From the NCBI RefSeq assembly GCF_009914755.1, contig NC_060944.1: a stretch of 64,000 bases of DNA, one strand, 5' to 3'. Position 1 is the stretch's first letter. Each line of letters begins with the position of its first letter. Positions 18,560-30,124 of the stretch are shown in pieces. Source of the stretch: the human T2T-CHM13v2.0 reference genome, Homo sapiens. The notes beneath the pieces were generated by a model. It was not told the origin of the DNA. It ran no database searches and was given only the letters and a program-made list of their open reading frames with translations. The position numbers and the translations under genes are program-made.

Positions 18560-18700
18560 CGTTTTACCATCAGCCCATCTCTATTAGAGGGACTCCAGGG
18601 CACAGAGAGGGCCAGCAACCTTTCCAGGGTCACAGAGCTTGTAAATGACAGAGCAGAGGTCCAATCCTAGGCTCAAGGGCATACTCTGTCACACTTAACG
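18560..18700 (-). mobile_element. MIR fragment
   Basis: 'ggcacagagagggccagcaacctttccagggtcacagagcttgtaaatgacagagc'. Confidence 0.65.
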
Positions 18701-19532
18701 CTCTGTGTGACACACAGGCTGCTGGTATGCAAGGCCACTTGTAGCTCCATGCTGCCCGATGAAGAGCCATCAGTTTTCTGAGAACCCAGAGCCCTCAGTG
18801 AATCCAGCCCCCTTGCCTCCACCTGCAGCTCCAGCACACAGACGTAAACCATGATGCCTCCATGTCTGCAAGGCTCATGCCGGCCTCCCCAGGCAGAGAC
18901 AGGAGCGGACTCTCTGCTTGGCCTGCATACGCTTTTCAGGTGACGTGCATGCTTTCTCTTAGAAAAGGTGAAAGGGAAGGGTCAGGAGATGCAGGTCGGG
19001 CCAGGGTCCCTGTGTCCCCCACTCCCTCCATGCCCAGGACCCTGTGATGGCTACAGTGAAATTTCCAGATGTTTTCAGACTCTACCTTTGACTTTCGAGG
19101 CCTCACAGGGCAAACCCCCCTCTACCCAGTGTTTCTCACCAGCATCCCCAACTCCGTGCAGCCCCCTCCCCTCTGCAGAAGATACCCCCATTCCCCTGAG
19201 AGGTTCTGAGCCCACTGCCTTTCCAGGTTGTGACAGCATCGTCTCAGGGACCTGTGCCTCTGCAGCACAGGATGGACGGCACGACGCCCAGGTGAGCCAC
19301 ATCCACAGGCTTTGGTTTGGAGCCATCTGTTAAAAACACTGGGATTGAACTGTGAGGTTGTTTGTTTAAACCCATTCAGGAAAGAGGCCAAATCAGAGTT
19401 GATTTATACTCCAACAATAAGAGATTGCATTGGGCCAGGGCATTTCTAGGTACATAATCCTCCCTGCTCAGCCAGCTCCAGGTCAAGAAAGCAAACCTGG
19501 TGTCTGAAAAGAGAAAATGTGCATGCGGACCC

Positions 19533-19646
19533 ACAGATGGAGGAGGCCATAGCAACTTCACGAACAGACAGAGAAGGCCACAGCAACTTCGCGTACAAAT
19601 GGAGGAGTCCACAGCAACTTCACATACAGATACAGGAGGTCACAGC
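19533..19646. repeat. Diverged 31-bp tandem repeat, ~3.7 copies
   Basis: Units start at 19533, 19564, 19595 and 19626; consensus ACAGATGGAGGAGGCCACAGCAACTTCACGT. Confidence 0.85.
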
Positions 19647-20260
19647 CTTTGCCTCTGCTAGGCTTCATCCAATTATTATCCCATCCCCAGAAGAACAAGT
19701 CAGTCTCCATAACTCTGCACTCAGACGTCCCTCAAAGCCTACCTCAATACCAGGTGGGGATGCAGCTTCTACACCTTCTGAAAAGAATCCCATCCGTTCT
19801 CACCATTGCCAAGCCAGGCTGCTCCTCCAACAGCAGTGGCAAATGGGTGGGACCTGCAGGAGCCGAAACACCTGGGAGGCAGCCAGTTGGCAGCCAGAAC
19901 CCAGGGAAGGGCAGCTGCCCTCCAGAGTGGCACAGCCTCCTGCTGGCATGGTGAGTGTCCTGTCCTGAAGGTCAGGATGCGGGGATGCAGAGAGGTGAGC
20001 AGAGTGGAAATGGTCTGTGGCTGGGCAAGTGGGCTGGTCCATTTGACACTCATTTATTGCACATCTAGTGTCATTGAGCACTGTGTGGGGGGGTTGGAGC
20101 CTCTCTCTGACACTATTCTGTATGTGACCAAGGACAGGAACCCCCTACACACACACACTCACACACACACACAAACACATATGCATCTTACATCAATTGC
20201 CTGTAGCCAGGCCTCTCTCCACATGTTGATGGTAGAACATGACCATGATTCATATAGAGC

Positions 20261-20644
20261 ACAGTGATGAGCTGAATTGTATTTCCCCAAATTCATATGT
20301 TGAAGTCCTAATCCCCAGTCCCTCAGAATGTGAATGTATTTGAACATAGGTCCTTTAAAGAGGTAATTAAGGCAAAATGAAGTCTTTGGGGTAGGCCCTA
20401 ATCCAATGTCTGGTGTCCTTATAAGAAGAGAAAATTAGGACACAGACACACACAGAGGGAAGACAATTCCAAGACAGGGAGAAGATGCCGTCTACAAGCC
20501 AAGGAGAGAGGTCTCCAAAGAAACCAACCCTGATGACACCTAGATCTTGAACGTTCAGCCTCCAAAACTGAGAAAATAAATGTCTGTTGTTGAAGGCCCC
20601 CGATCTGTTGTTCTAGGTTGTGGCAGCCCAAGAAAATGAACGCA
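20261..20644 (+). mobile_element. MLT1B MaLR solo LTR
   Basis: 'gagctgaattgtatttccccaaattcatatgttgaagtcctaa...gtccttataagaagag...cagcctccaaaactgagaaaataaatgtctgttg'. Confidence 0.88.
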
Positions 20645-22399
20645 GGCTCTCAGCAAAGGATCTGGTCCGGAATATTCATTCTGCACATCATGGCGGTTAG
20701 TATGGCTTCATAATCACTGAGTAACCACTCTGGTCAATGATCAATCCTCTACCGTGATTGATTCATTCGTTTTAGTCATTCCATAAATATTTACCGAGAA
20801 CCCAGCAAGTCCCAAGCAGTGTTCTAGGCACCAGAATACTCGCCGCCTTGTCTATAACTGTCAAACCTCTGACGGCACGGACAGAGCCCCTGGACTCACT
20901 CTGTCCAGCTTCATGGTGCTGAAACGGTTTCTTCTTGACCTGTCACGGACGCCCGGCTCTCCAGTACCGCACTAATCCTGCACAAACAGAAGCAGCCCTT
21001 CTTGTTTGAGTTTAGTTTCCAGGAATAGGTAGTCTCCACAAATGCTTTCTCGTGTCTGAAAACAAAAACGATGTGTACTGTAGCTGCCAGGAAACTTGGG
21101 GCACATTTGTTCCCTAAACACTGTCATCTGTTCAGTTCAGGTGCCGCCTGCATCCGCTCCTTCTGTCTCCCTCCCACGGCTTCTGTTCCCTTGTAGTTTT
21201 CCTTGCATTGGGCCCTCCATTATTCTCTCAAGTCCTTTTAGAAGTGCATGGGAAGTGTAAATCGTACATGAATTGCACCCTAGGTCACTGGGGCTGTTTC
21301 AGGGGTGGAGGTGAATGCCCATCTCATAAAGCAATGAAAACACAGAGGTTTTCACCAATCACCCCGGCATGAGCTGGGAGAAGATGTTAACCGCCGGTAT
21401 GATTCGTGCCTGACTCACATAAACTCACTGCATCCATCAGTGCATTTATTCACTGTACTTGTGTGAATTCAGTCCCTTTAACCTACCAGACTTTAACGTA
21501 GATTCAAGAAATGCATCAGAAACGCCCACTGCCCTCAGGGAGCGGGCTGTGAACTGAGGAAGAAGCCAATTACAGTTGGATGTGGGGAGTGCTGTGCCTG
21601 GGAAGACTGGGGGCTGCAGGGCCAGGAGCCGCCTGCATTGCTGGGATCAAAAACACCTGCAGGAGACCCTGCCATACCCCCTGAGACTGGAGACACGGAG
21701 AGCAGGGGACTGTGAAGGGTCTTGAACTGGATTGTGAAGCCGTGCGAGAGGCTGGATAACAGAGCCGCACATGGGAATTTTTGCTCCGCAAGTCAACCTC
21801 AACCCTAAAACAAAAATTACATTTTTGTTTTACATCTGGCAACAAAGTAGATGTTTGTTGGGAGATTGAATACCAGATCACCCCATGATGAGAACATGAC
21901 ATTTTTCTTCCTTGTGGGGTTTCATTGCTGGGTCAGCCTCAAGACTGACAGAGATGAGATGCGGTCTTTCTCCCTGGCCGAGGATCCAGAGATGGTGCCA
22001 AAAGCGAATTTCCTGCTGGGTCCCTGATATCAGTGACGAGGTCCAGGGGCCCCGTGGGGCTGCTCTTGGTTTCTGTGTGAGGCTCCCACACTGATCTGAT
22101 CAAAAGTGAGCTCCTAAAAGGCCCATGGAGTGGGATGGGTTGGGAGGGCGGTGAGAGCCCAGAGCCACCGAAGGCCCCAGGTAGCCAGTGGAAGGACAAC
22201 AGGGCCCAGGAACATGCCCTGGGGCAGGTGGAGGCCGTCTCCTGCAACCTCACAGGTGCTGTCGTCTGCCCTGAAGTCCCACTGTGCTCACTTATATATG
22301 ACATGGCATCAGGGCACCCCTCCTCTGGTCGGAGTGGTCCCTGGGCTCAGTCTTGGATTCTGGAGGTGTCCAGAAGAAGTGGGAGGCAGCCCTGCCCGA

Positions 22400-22972
22400 G
22401 CAGAGGTGGTCACGGCAGGTGGAAGCTGACATTGAACATGGAAGGCATGCCCGGGAGCCTTGTGCCAGTCTGCATGGCAGCATCAGTGGTTAAAAACCCA
22501 CTGTCCACTCCCTTCAGCCCTTCAGCCCTGCTTCAGCTTCTGGGCCTCCCTGGCCCTCTCCAAGTTCCAGTAGTCAAAATTTAGTCCCTGGAGGGGCTCC
22601 TCCAGCTCCCGCCCCTGCCCTAGTGCCTGCAGCTATTGACTGGCCATGCTCAACCCACTAGTAGACAATTTTAACGTTACCCCTGCCGTGGCTCCCTCCA
22701 GGATTCTTTCTGCCATGCTGTTGAGCAGAAGACATGTCTTTCTCTGACTTCTTCTGCCACCAGCCAAAGAAAACTCTCTGCTCTTAAAAATCTTGCCTGA
22801 CTAGGTCAGGTCCAGAGAAGACCAGCTCCCTTGGGACATAGGATGTAACCTGATCTCAGAGTGATGTCTCCTCATCGTTACAGGTTCTGCCCACACTCAA
22901 TGGACTTCACAACGAGGATGTGTCCACCAGGGGGCAGAGATGTTGGGGTCAACTCAGCATCTTGCCTACCTT
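22400..22972 (-). mobile_element. Old MLT1-family LTR (subfamily uncertain)
   Basis: 'acaggttctgcccacactcaa...gtccaccagggggcagagatgttggggtcaactcagcatcttgcctacc' resembles an MLT1 terminus; left boundary uncertain. Confidence 0.55.
22922..22938 (+). promoter_or_regulatory. Strong CTCF motif
   Basis: gtCCACCAGGGGGCAGa closely matches the CTCF core CCASYAGRKGGCRS. Confidence 0.5.
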
Positions 22973-23185
22973 AGGAGGCTGGCTATCTTAGGGAGGAGGG
23001 TTGAGAGAGGGGAGAAGTAATTCTAGGGCAGAGCCCTGTGTTTAGCGGGCTGAGCAGAAGAGCGACCAAGCAAGCACACCAACAGGCTACTCAGTTCCTT
23101 GGTTAGGATCCCAGTGCTCCTCAGTGAGAGCCTGGGACTACAGCCACACACTCCGATGCCCAGGCCAGCAGTCCCTGTATAACTC

Positions 23186-23758
23186 TATCTATCCATCCAT
23201 ATATTCATCCCTCCACTCATCATCTGTTTACCTTTCATCCACTATCCATTGACCATCCATCCATCCATCCACCATCCATCCTCCATCCAACCACTCACCA
23301 TCCATCCACTATCCATCCACCTTTCATCCATCCATCCAACCATCCATCCTCCATCCATCCATCAATCCATCATCCATCCACCATTCATCCACCCATCCAC
23401 CCATCCACCATCCATCTGCCATCCATCCTCCGTCTATTCATCCATCATCCATTCCTCCACTCATCTGTCTACCATTCATCCACTATCCATCAACCATCTA
23501 TCCATCCATCCACCATCCATCCATCCATCCTTTCACCATCCATCCATGCATTCATCCATTTATCCATCTATCCATATATTCACCCATCCATACACACATC
23601 TACCCATCCATTCACCATGCTTCTATCCATTCACCTAACCATTCACACATCTTTCCATTCCTCCATCCATCCACACATCCATCCATCCATTCATCTCTCC
23701 ACCCATCAATCCATTCATTAATCCATCTATCCATCCATCCATCTGCCCTTCCATTCAT
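23186..23758. repeat. (CCAT)n/(TCCA)n degenerate microsatellite
   Basis: ~570 bp of ccat/tcca variants abutting an L2 3' end. Confidence 0.95.
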
Positions 23759-23850
23759 CAAGTAGCTGTGAACAATGGCCGTGTGCCAGGCACTGTGATA
23801 GTGAATGAGACATGAAATAGGCCTTTCCCTTTCTGGGTTCACAGTCTAGA
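23759..23850 (-). mobile_element. L2 3' end
   Basis: 'gtgtgccaggcactgtgatagtgaatgagacatgaaataggcc...ttcacagtctagag'. Confidence 0.65.
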
Positions 23851-23884
23851 GCAGGTGTAAGACCTTCCCATGGGCCACTGCATC

Positions 23885-24090
23885 AAACTTTTTTAACCTA
23901 GACACTGTTAACATCTGTAGCTGGATAGTTCTCTGTTGGGGGGTGCTGTCCTGTGCATTGTAGGATGTTTGGCAGCACCCCAGTTTTTATTCACTGGATA
24001 CCAGTAGCACCTCCCAGTTTTGACAGCCAAAAATGTCTCCTGATATGTCCAGACCCTTGGGATCAAAATCACCTCCAGTGAAAACTACTG
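23885..24090 (+). mobile_element. MER20 hAT-Charlie DNA transposon
   Basis: 'gctgtcctgtgcattgtaggatgtttggcagc...ggataccagtagcacctcccagttttgacagccaaaaatgtctcc'. Confidence 0.88.
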
Positions 24091-24167
24091 CACTTTGTAA
24101 CTGTGGTTGGGATGCCTTTTCTAGTGAGGGAAACAACGGTTCTTAGGAGCACCTGGGGAAACATGCA

Positions 24168-24467
24168 CATCTGCAGGTGTCCACCTCCTGGATCTGCTGC
24201 ACTGGGGTCCCCAGGTATGTCTCCACAGGTGAACACACCTGTCATCTGCAGGTGTCCACCTCCTGGATCTGCTGCACTGGGGTCCCCAGGTGTGTCTCCA
24301 CAGGGGAACACACCTGTCATCTGTAGGTGTCCACCTCCTGGATCTGCTGCACTGGGGTCCCCAGGTGTGTCTCCACAGGGGAACACACCTGTCATCTGCA
24401 GGTGTCCACCTCCTGGATCTGCTGCACTGGGGTCTCCAGGTATGTCTCCACAGGTGAACACACCTGT
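24168..24467. repeat. 75-bp VNTR, 4 near-identical copies
   Basis: Units at 24168, 24243, 24318 and 24393: catctgcaggtgtccacctcctggatctgctgcactggggtccccaggtRtgtctccacaggKgaacacacctgt. Confidence 0.98.
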
Positions 24468-25599
24468 GTGACAATGCTTTAGGAGGTGAAGGTGGGAAGA
24501 GGAGCAGTTTGGTGGCTCCTCTGCATGGGTGGCACCCATGCATCCATGGGTGGGGCTTTGTAGAGGGCACAGAAATGGGGCCAGCCTAGAGCAAGGTGAA
24601 CACCTGAGAACAAGCACAGTGACCCAGGCAGGGGCTGGGATCAGGAAGAAGCCTGTTTGGTGGAGGGCTTTCTCTGGATTTAACATGGATTAGAGACTCA
24701 CCACTCCAGCTCCACACACACACAAAACAAAACGTATTTAAGATTCTTCCACGTCACTTCCACCCATGGCAACTTCTGCCATGTTTGAATTTTCTCAGAA
24801 ATATTTGCTCAAATCATCCATGTTAAAGGGCCCAAGTTCTAAACCACCACAGTCAACTACTGGCTGCGCCAGAGCTTTGGCTTTTCTCCATCTACCAGCT
24901 CTGTCTAGCTGGTCTATTATCCTTTATCCTAGCATGAGACTAAAGGACCACAAGATGTGGCAATGCAGGTTCTTCAAGATGTTCTATACGTGTCGTGCTT
25001 CTCATTTCCTCTACTCCAGACCAGCGTCCCCTCAACTAGCCTCCTCCACTTTTACTTGTGCCCATTGACACTGAACTGGCTCACAGCTGCTGCCAAAGCA
25101 AGGAGATATGTGTGCCTCACTGTATCCACATGGTCTCTTCAGCACCAACTGACCACTCCAATGCCACAGGAGTGGCACATCAGGTGAAAGGCCGAAGGCA
25201 CTCTTGTCAAGGCATCTCAAAATCACCTGGTCCTAGTTCTGCTTCCTTGATTGGCCTGGGCAAGGGTGATGTGTGACAACATGGAGCCAAACATACAGGA
25301 TGCCCTTAGGTTGAATCAAGGGCTCCAGCTACCCCAGCTGCCCCAGCTCCCAGGCCAGCAGTAGGACAGGTGACCACACATTCACACATTTTGAGCTGAC
25401 ACTGGGCTCGGAGACCTCCTACAAGGCGCTTCAGTCTGCCGCGTCTCAGGCTTCTCGTGGTCAAGGGGATAATACTCTGCCTTCAACCCAGAGAAACAGC
25501 ATGAGGATTCAGTGAGATAGTCCAGGAAAGGGGCTGAGAAGCCCCAGAAACTCATAGTTGACCGTGGTGGTCTACTCACCCACTGTAGGGGATGGTTAC

Positions 25600-26100
25600 T
25601 CCTCAATAACCCAGCCTCTGTTTCCCTTCAATCTGGTAGCAACACCCCAATTGTTTCAATAAGAAACTACCCCTTATCTTCTCTCAGTCTTTGTGGTTAG
25701 GACAGGGCAGACTCCAAGCATCCTGTGGCAGGGATGGGACCTTGAGCCAGGTCCCAAGTAAAAGAGTTTTCCCTCCCTAGACCACAGCAAATGGTGAAGA
25801 AATGAGCTTGTGATCAAGGCAGGTCTAAGGAGAGGTGGTTCCAGGGCCACTGGTCTGAGGAGCCGCCAGCCACCTCACCTGCAAGGAGAAGAGAGCCTGC
25901 TCAAGAACCCAGCCACACTGGGAACAGCCCGGATGATGGGCCCAGAGCAGGAGCCTGACTCACGGGGGCAACATGGGGTCCCTGCACCCTGCAGCCCACT
26001 GTGCCTGAACCTGGAGTTCCAGTCATGTGAGCAACACTTTCCGTTCCGTCTTTGACACAAGCACTTCTGAGTTAGTTTTTAATTTCCAATTTAAGAACCC
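25600..26100 (+). mobile_element. ERVL LTR16-like relic
   Basis: 'aactaccccttatcttctctcagtctttgtggtt...tttccctccctagaccacagcaaatggtg...tgtgatcaaggcaggtc'. Confidence 0.4.
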
Positions 26101-27039
26101 ATTTTTGTATTTAAAACTCTTCTAGAACTCCCCTGGGCAGGTCTATAGTTTTCAGCAACCTTAAGGGGAGAAAGGAATCACTGCCACCTAAATTTAGTAG
26201 CTTTGCAGCATAATTAGAAACCAAAATCCCGGCCAGTAATTCTGCATCTCCTATTTGGTGGTGGTGGAGGAAGCCATGTTTTAGAAAGCATAAGTGGTGG
26301 ACTTTACAAGTTGCTTTTATTTTCTGAGATAGAAATAAACCCAGGAGTAGTGACTCACCTCCCTCTAGCCTGGCTACAATTTTCCACATCCAATTCAAAT
26401 ATTGTCTTTAATTTTTAATTTGGATCTGACTGATGCAAACTAAGTGCATCATCTCTGCCACCAGCTGGGCAAAGCATCCTGTTCCCTGTGGTACAACCAT
26501 CCTGTTCCCTGCAGAATGTACTGCAGGAAAAGCCTCAAAGATGGATGTAGGGAACAGTGAGGGCGGGCATTGCATCTGCTTTTGACAAATGAGTATTAAA
26601 TAGAAGAATAAATGGCACTATTGATGCATCCTCTTTTATTTATGGAGAGCTTTCTCAACTTGGCCTCCTGCTTACCAGTCTTGCAGCCCCGCATGGGCCC
26701 TGGATCTGAGAGTCTGTCTGGGAGATAGAGGTTTGCTTGACAAAGGCCTTTCACACACCTGTGGCCACACTTCTCCCTACAGCCTGGAGAATAGAGATCC
26801 ACAGAGACCCTAGAATCTGCCTCCCTGGCATTCTCACTTACACTGTGATCATTAAAAAGTGTATTGGAATCTACTCCAGGAGGGCAGGAACATGTCTGTA
26901 TCTCCAGCCCTGGAACCATGGCTGCCACGAAGTACATCTCCAGGAAACAGCTGGTGAGCAAATGAATAAAGGAATAAACATGTCTCAGAATGTTGTGAAC
27001 TACGGATTTTTCATTCAAAGTTGCTGGAACTGAAACCAG

Positions 27040-27310
27040 AGAAAGGTTTCCATCTTTCTGATTGGCCGTCTTAACACATGACTTACCTCATAGTCTAAGA
27101 TGGCTGCTGGAGCACCAGCCATCATATCCTGTTTTCAGACTGGAAGAAAGAGGAAAGGAAGAAGGACAGCATCCTAGAAGCTGCCTTCCTGGCTGTCATG
27201 CACATTTCATTAGGCAGAACTTAGTCACTTGGTACATTTCACTTCATGGGAGTTTGAGGAGGGTGTTCTTTTATGACAGGGGACAATTTGTTACACCAAA
27301 GAAAGAACAG
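27040..27310 (-). mobile_element. Old MLT1 (K/L-like) fragment
   Basis: 'aagatggctgctggagcaccagccatcatatcc...catttcattaggcagaacttagtcacttgg'. Confidence 0.6.
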
Positions 27311-27318
27311 AATTTTTT

Positions 27319-27631
27319 GGCTGGGTAAGTTGGCTCATGTCTGTAATCCCAGCACACTGGGAGGCTGAGGCTGGTGGATTACATGAGATCAGGAGTTCAA
27401 GACCAGCCTGGCCAACATTGTAAATCCCCATTTCTACTAAAATTACAAAAAAAAAAAAAAATCAGCCAGGTGTAGTGTGGCACATGCCTGTAGTCTCAGC
27501 TACTCAGGAGGCCGAGGCAGGAGAATTGCTTGAACCCGAGAGGTGGAGGCTGCAGTGAGGTGCGATCATACCACTACACTCCAGCCTGGGCGACAGAGCA
27601 AAACTCCATCTCAGAAAAAAAAAAAAAAAAA
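27319..27631 (+). mobile_element. AluSx-like
   Basis: Full dimer with expanded middle A-run and poly(A) tail; degenerate TSD cagaa(t/c)ttt. Confidence 0.96.
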
Positions 27632-28189
27632 TCAGAACTTTAATATTAGAGAGGAAGGGAGCATGGACTTTGGGCTGAGCAGGCAGCAATGTACTACAAC
27701 ATGCAAAACACCCAGAATCTGCCTTCCAAAATATCAGCTAGTTTTCTAGCCCTGGTAAATTTAGCTTTCTTTCATGATTATATGATCAATCACCTTCTTA
27801 CTGGGAGGACTGGCATCTCCATGAGGAAATAACCTGAGAGGCCTTTACTGAGTACTAAGTCCCAGCTCCCAGCATCATGCTTGTCCCGGGGCAGAGGGAA
27901 CTCAATAACGGTTCTGCCTCATGCAGAACCCTGGATTTCACCATGGGTGTGTGGACATGCCCAGGACAGCTTCGCTGGTGAGGCAGGGAACACAGGCAGT
28001 GCCGCTGTGCAGAAGACGAGTTGGTCTTTACCGTGTGGTGGCATCAGGAGGCCTGTGGAGCACTGAGGCCTGTGGAACACTGAAGTTGCAACTGTCTGGG
28101 ATAGTCTCCAAGAAACTGCAATTCAGCAGCTGGAGGTGGGGCTCGGTGCCTGCATTCATCTTGATATCCCCTGCATTACCACAGCTGCA

Positions 28190-29080
28190 ATCAGTGAAGT
28201 CTCAGCTGGAAAATGAAGCTGCTCGAGGGGTCTGAGGGTCTACATGTTGCCCGAAGGGGCCCCCCCAGCCCTGTGCTGCTCTCCGCCACCTGTCTGGGTG
28301 GACGCTGATGGAATGATCATGAAAACTGTGGATGATACAAGTATGAGAGGGACAGCAACCCACCAACCGCAGCAGCAAGGAGAGGCTTCACCCCGCAGGC
28401 TGACGTTGAACAGAAATAGACGTGAGGTTCTGAGTTGAAGCCTGAAAAGCACAGCCAATATGTGCATAAAAGAAACGTGTAGGATCAGTTGTTTGAGTAC
28501 CATCTTCAAGGCTTTCTTCAAGTCACCCTCATAATGCAGCTGTCAGGAAAGTATTTAATGGATACTGGGATGCATTAACAGGGGCATAAGCTTAGGAAAG
28601 CTGGAGGTGATAGGCCCATTGGAGGTGGTCCTTGCAACTCCCCCTTGGAAAACTCCGCAGATGTCTATGCAAACCATTCTCCCGTGATGGGACAAGCCAG
28701 CCAGTGTCCTGAGGGGCATGGCCAGGGTGGTAATGAGATGTGCTCATGTAATATGAGGGAGCATAGAAGGAGCAGGATATGTCCACTCGAACAGGGAAGT
28801 CTCTGCAAAGGACAGTTCTTCACTGGCCCAGGAGGCAGGGGGAGGCTGGGTTCAAGATGCTTCAGGCAAACATCTTGATGCTGACATATGGATCACAGAG
28901 CTTCAGAAGCTATCAGGCCCCACGTGGTATAGGCAAATAGTGTGTTCCCCGCCACCAGAATTGCTCACCCAAAGATGGGAATCACCAGACAGGAATGCCA
29001 CAGAGGAGCATCTACCCTCACACTGTTCTCAATAGACCCCAGTTACAGAGGGCGTTTCCAGACAAGCGTGAGAAAAGTGG
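28190..29080 (+). mobile_element. L3/CR1 LINE relic (RT C-terminal region)
   Basis: ORF 28244-28438 contains DGMIMKTVDDTSMRGTA and LNRNRREVL, resembling CR1 RT 'GMLIKFADDTKLGG' and 'FNRDKCKVL'; further CR1-like DNA 'ctgggatgcattaacagggg...ggaggtgataggccc' and 'catgtaatatgagggagc'. Confidence 0.7.
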
Positions 29081-29601
29081 GAATGACGTCTGTTGGGAAA
29101 CATAACATCCTCTGTCCTCCTTGGAAGACTGAGGTTGAACTTATGGGCTTGAGAAAGGCCCTGAAAAGCCTTGCAGTAAACACACTTGGCCACGTTGGTG
29201 ACACTCCCAAACATATTGGACCCACGACCTTTTTTAAGATAGAAGTTCTCTCCATGTCTCACAGCACTGGTGATTGGTGTATTTCGAGGACGCCGTCTTT
29301 ACAGGGACTTAAGGACAGCCTTAGGGCTAGGAGGTGGGTATTTAGGGTGCCCTTCTCAACACAGAGAGGCATGGATTCAGGGGCGAGCCACCCTTCCAGT
29401 CAATCAAGCCCAGCTATGCCAAGGCCTCTGTCAGATCTGCTCAGAAGGAACTGTGTCTCTCTCCTGCCCCATCAAGCTCCATGAGGTTAGTGAGCACAGT
29501 TAAATCTCCAGCTCCAAGCAGAGCAGGGGGGTCATAGTTGATATTTTTTTAAATATTTGTTTAAGAAAGAATGGGGAGGGGCATCGTGCTGCGCGAGGTC
29601 T

Positions 29602-30124
29602 CCAGTTCCAGCGATACCTATTATCACCAGTTCCAGCGAGACCTATTTTCACCAGTTCCAGCAAGACCTATTGTCACCAGTTCCAGCGAGACCTATTATC
29701 ACCAGCTCCAGCAATATCTATTATCACCAGCTCCAGCGATATCTATTATCACCAGTTCCAGTGATATCTATTATCACCAGTTCCAGCGAGACCTATTATC
29801 ACCAGTTCCAGTGATATCTATTATCACCAGTTCCAGCGATATCTATTATCACCAGTTCCAGCGATATCTATTATCACCAGTTCCAGCGATATCTATTATC
29901 ACCAGCTCCAGCGATATCTATTATCACCAGTTCCAGCGAGACCTATTATCACCAGTTCCAGTGATATCTATTATCACCAGTTCCAGCGAGACCTATTATC
30001 ATCAGTTCCAGCGAGACCTATTATCACCAGTTCCAGTGATATCTATTATCAACAGTTCCAGCGAGACCTATTATCACCAGTTCCAGCGATACCTATTATC
30101 ACCAGTTCCAGCTATACCTATTAT
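29602..30124. repeat. 25-bp VNTR, ~21 copies
   Basis: Unit YCTATTATCACCAGTTCCAGYGAKA with no spacers; explains ORFs 29557-30188. Confidence 0.98.

Noticed and set aside
24069-24686. ORFs with 25-aa repeats
   Set aside because: The 75-bp unit is a multiple of 3 and open in several frames on both strands, so this is an artefact.
28942-29484. 180-aa ORF (also the 185-aa ORF at 35289-35846 and the 150-aa ORF at 6047-6499)
   Set aside because: No recognisable domain; two of the three start at GTG; these lengths are compatible with chance in 64 kb.
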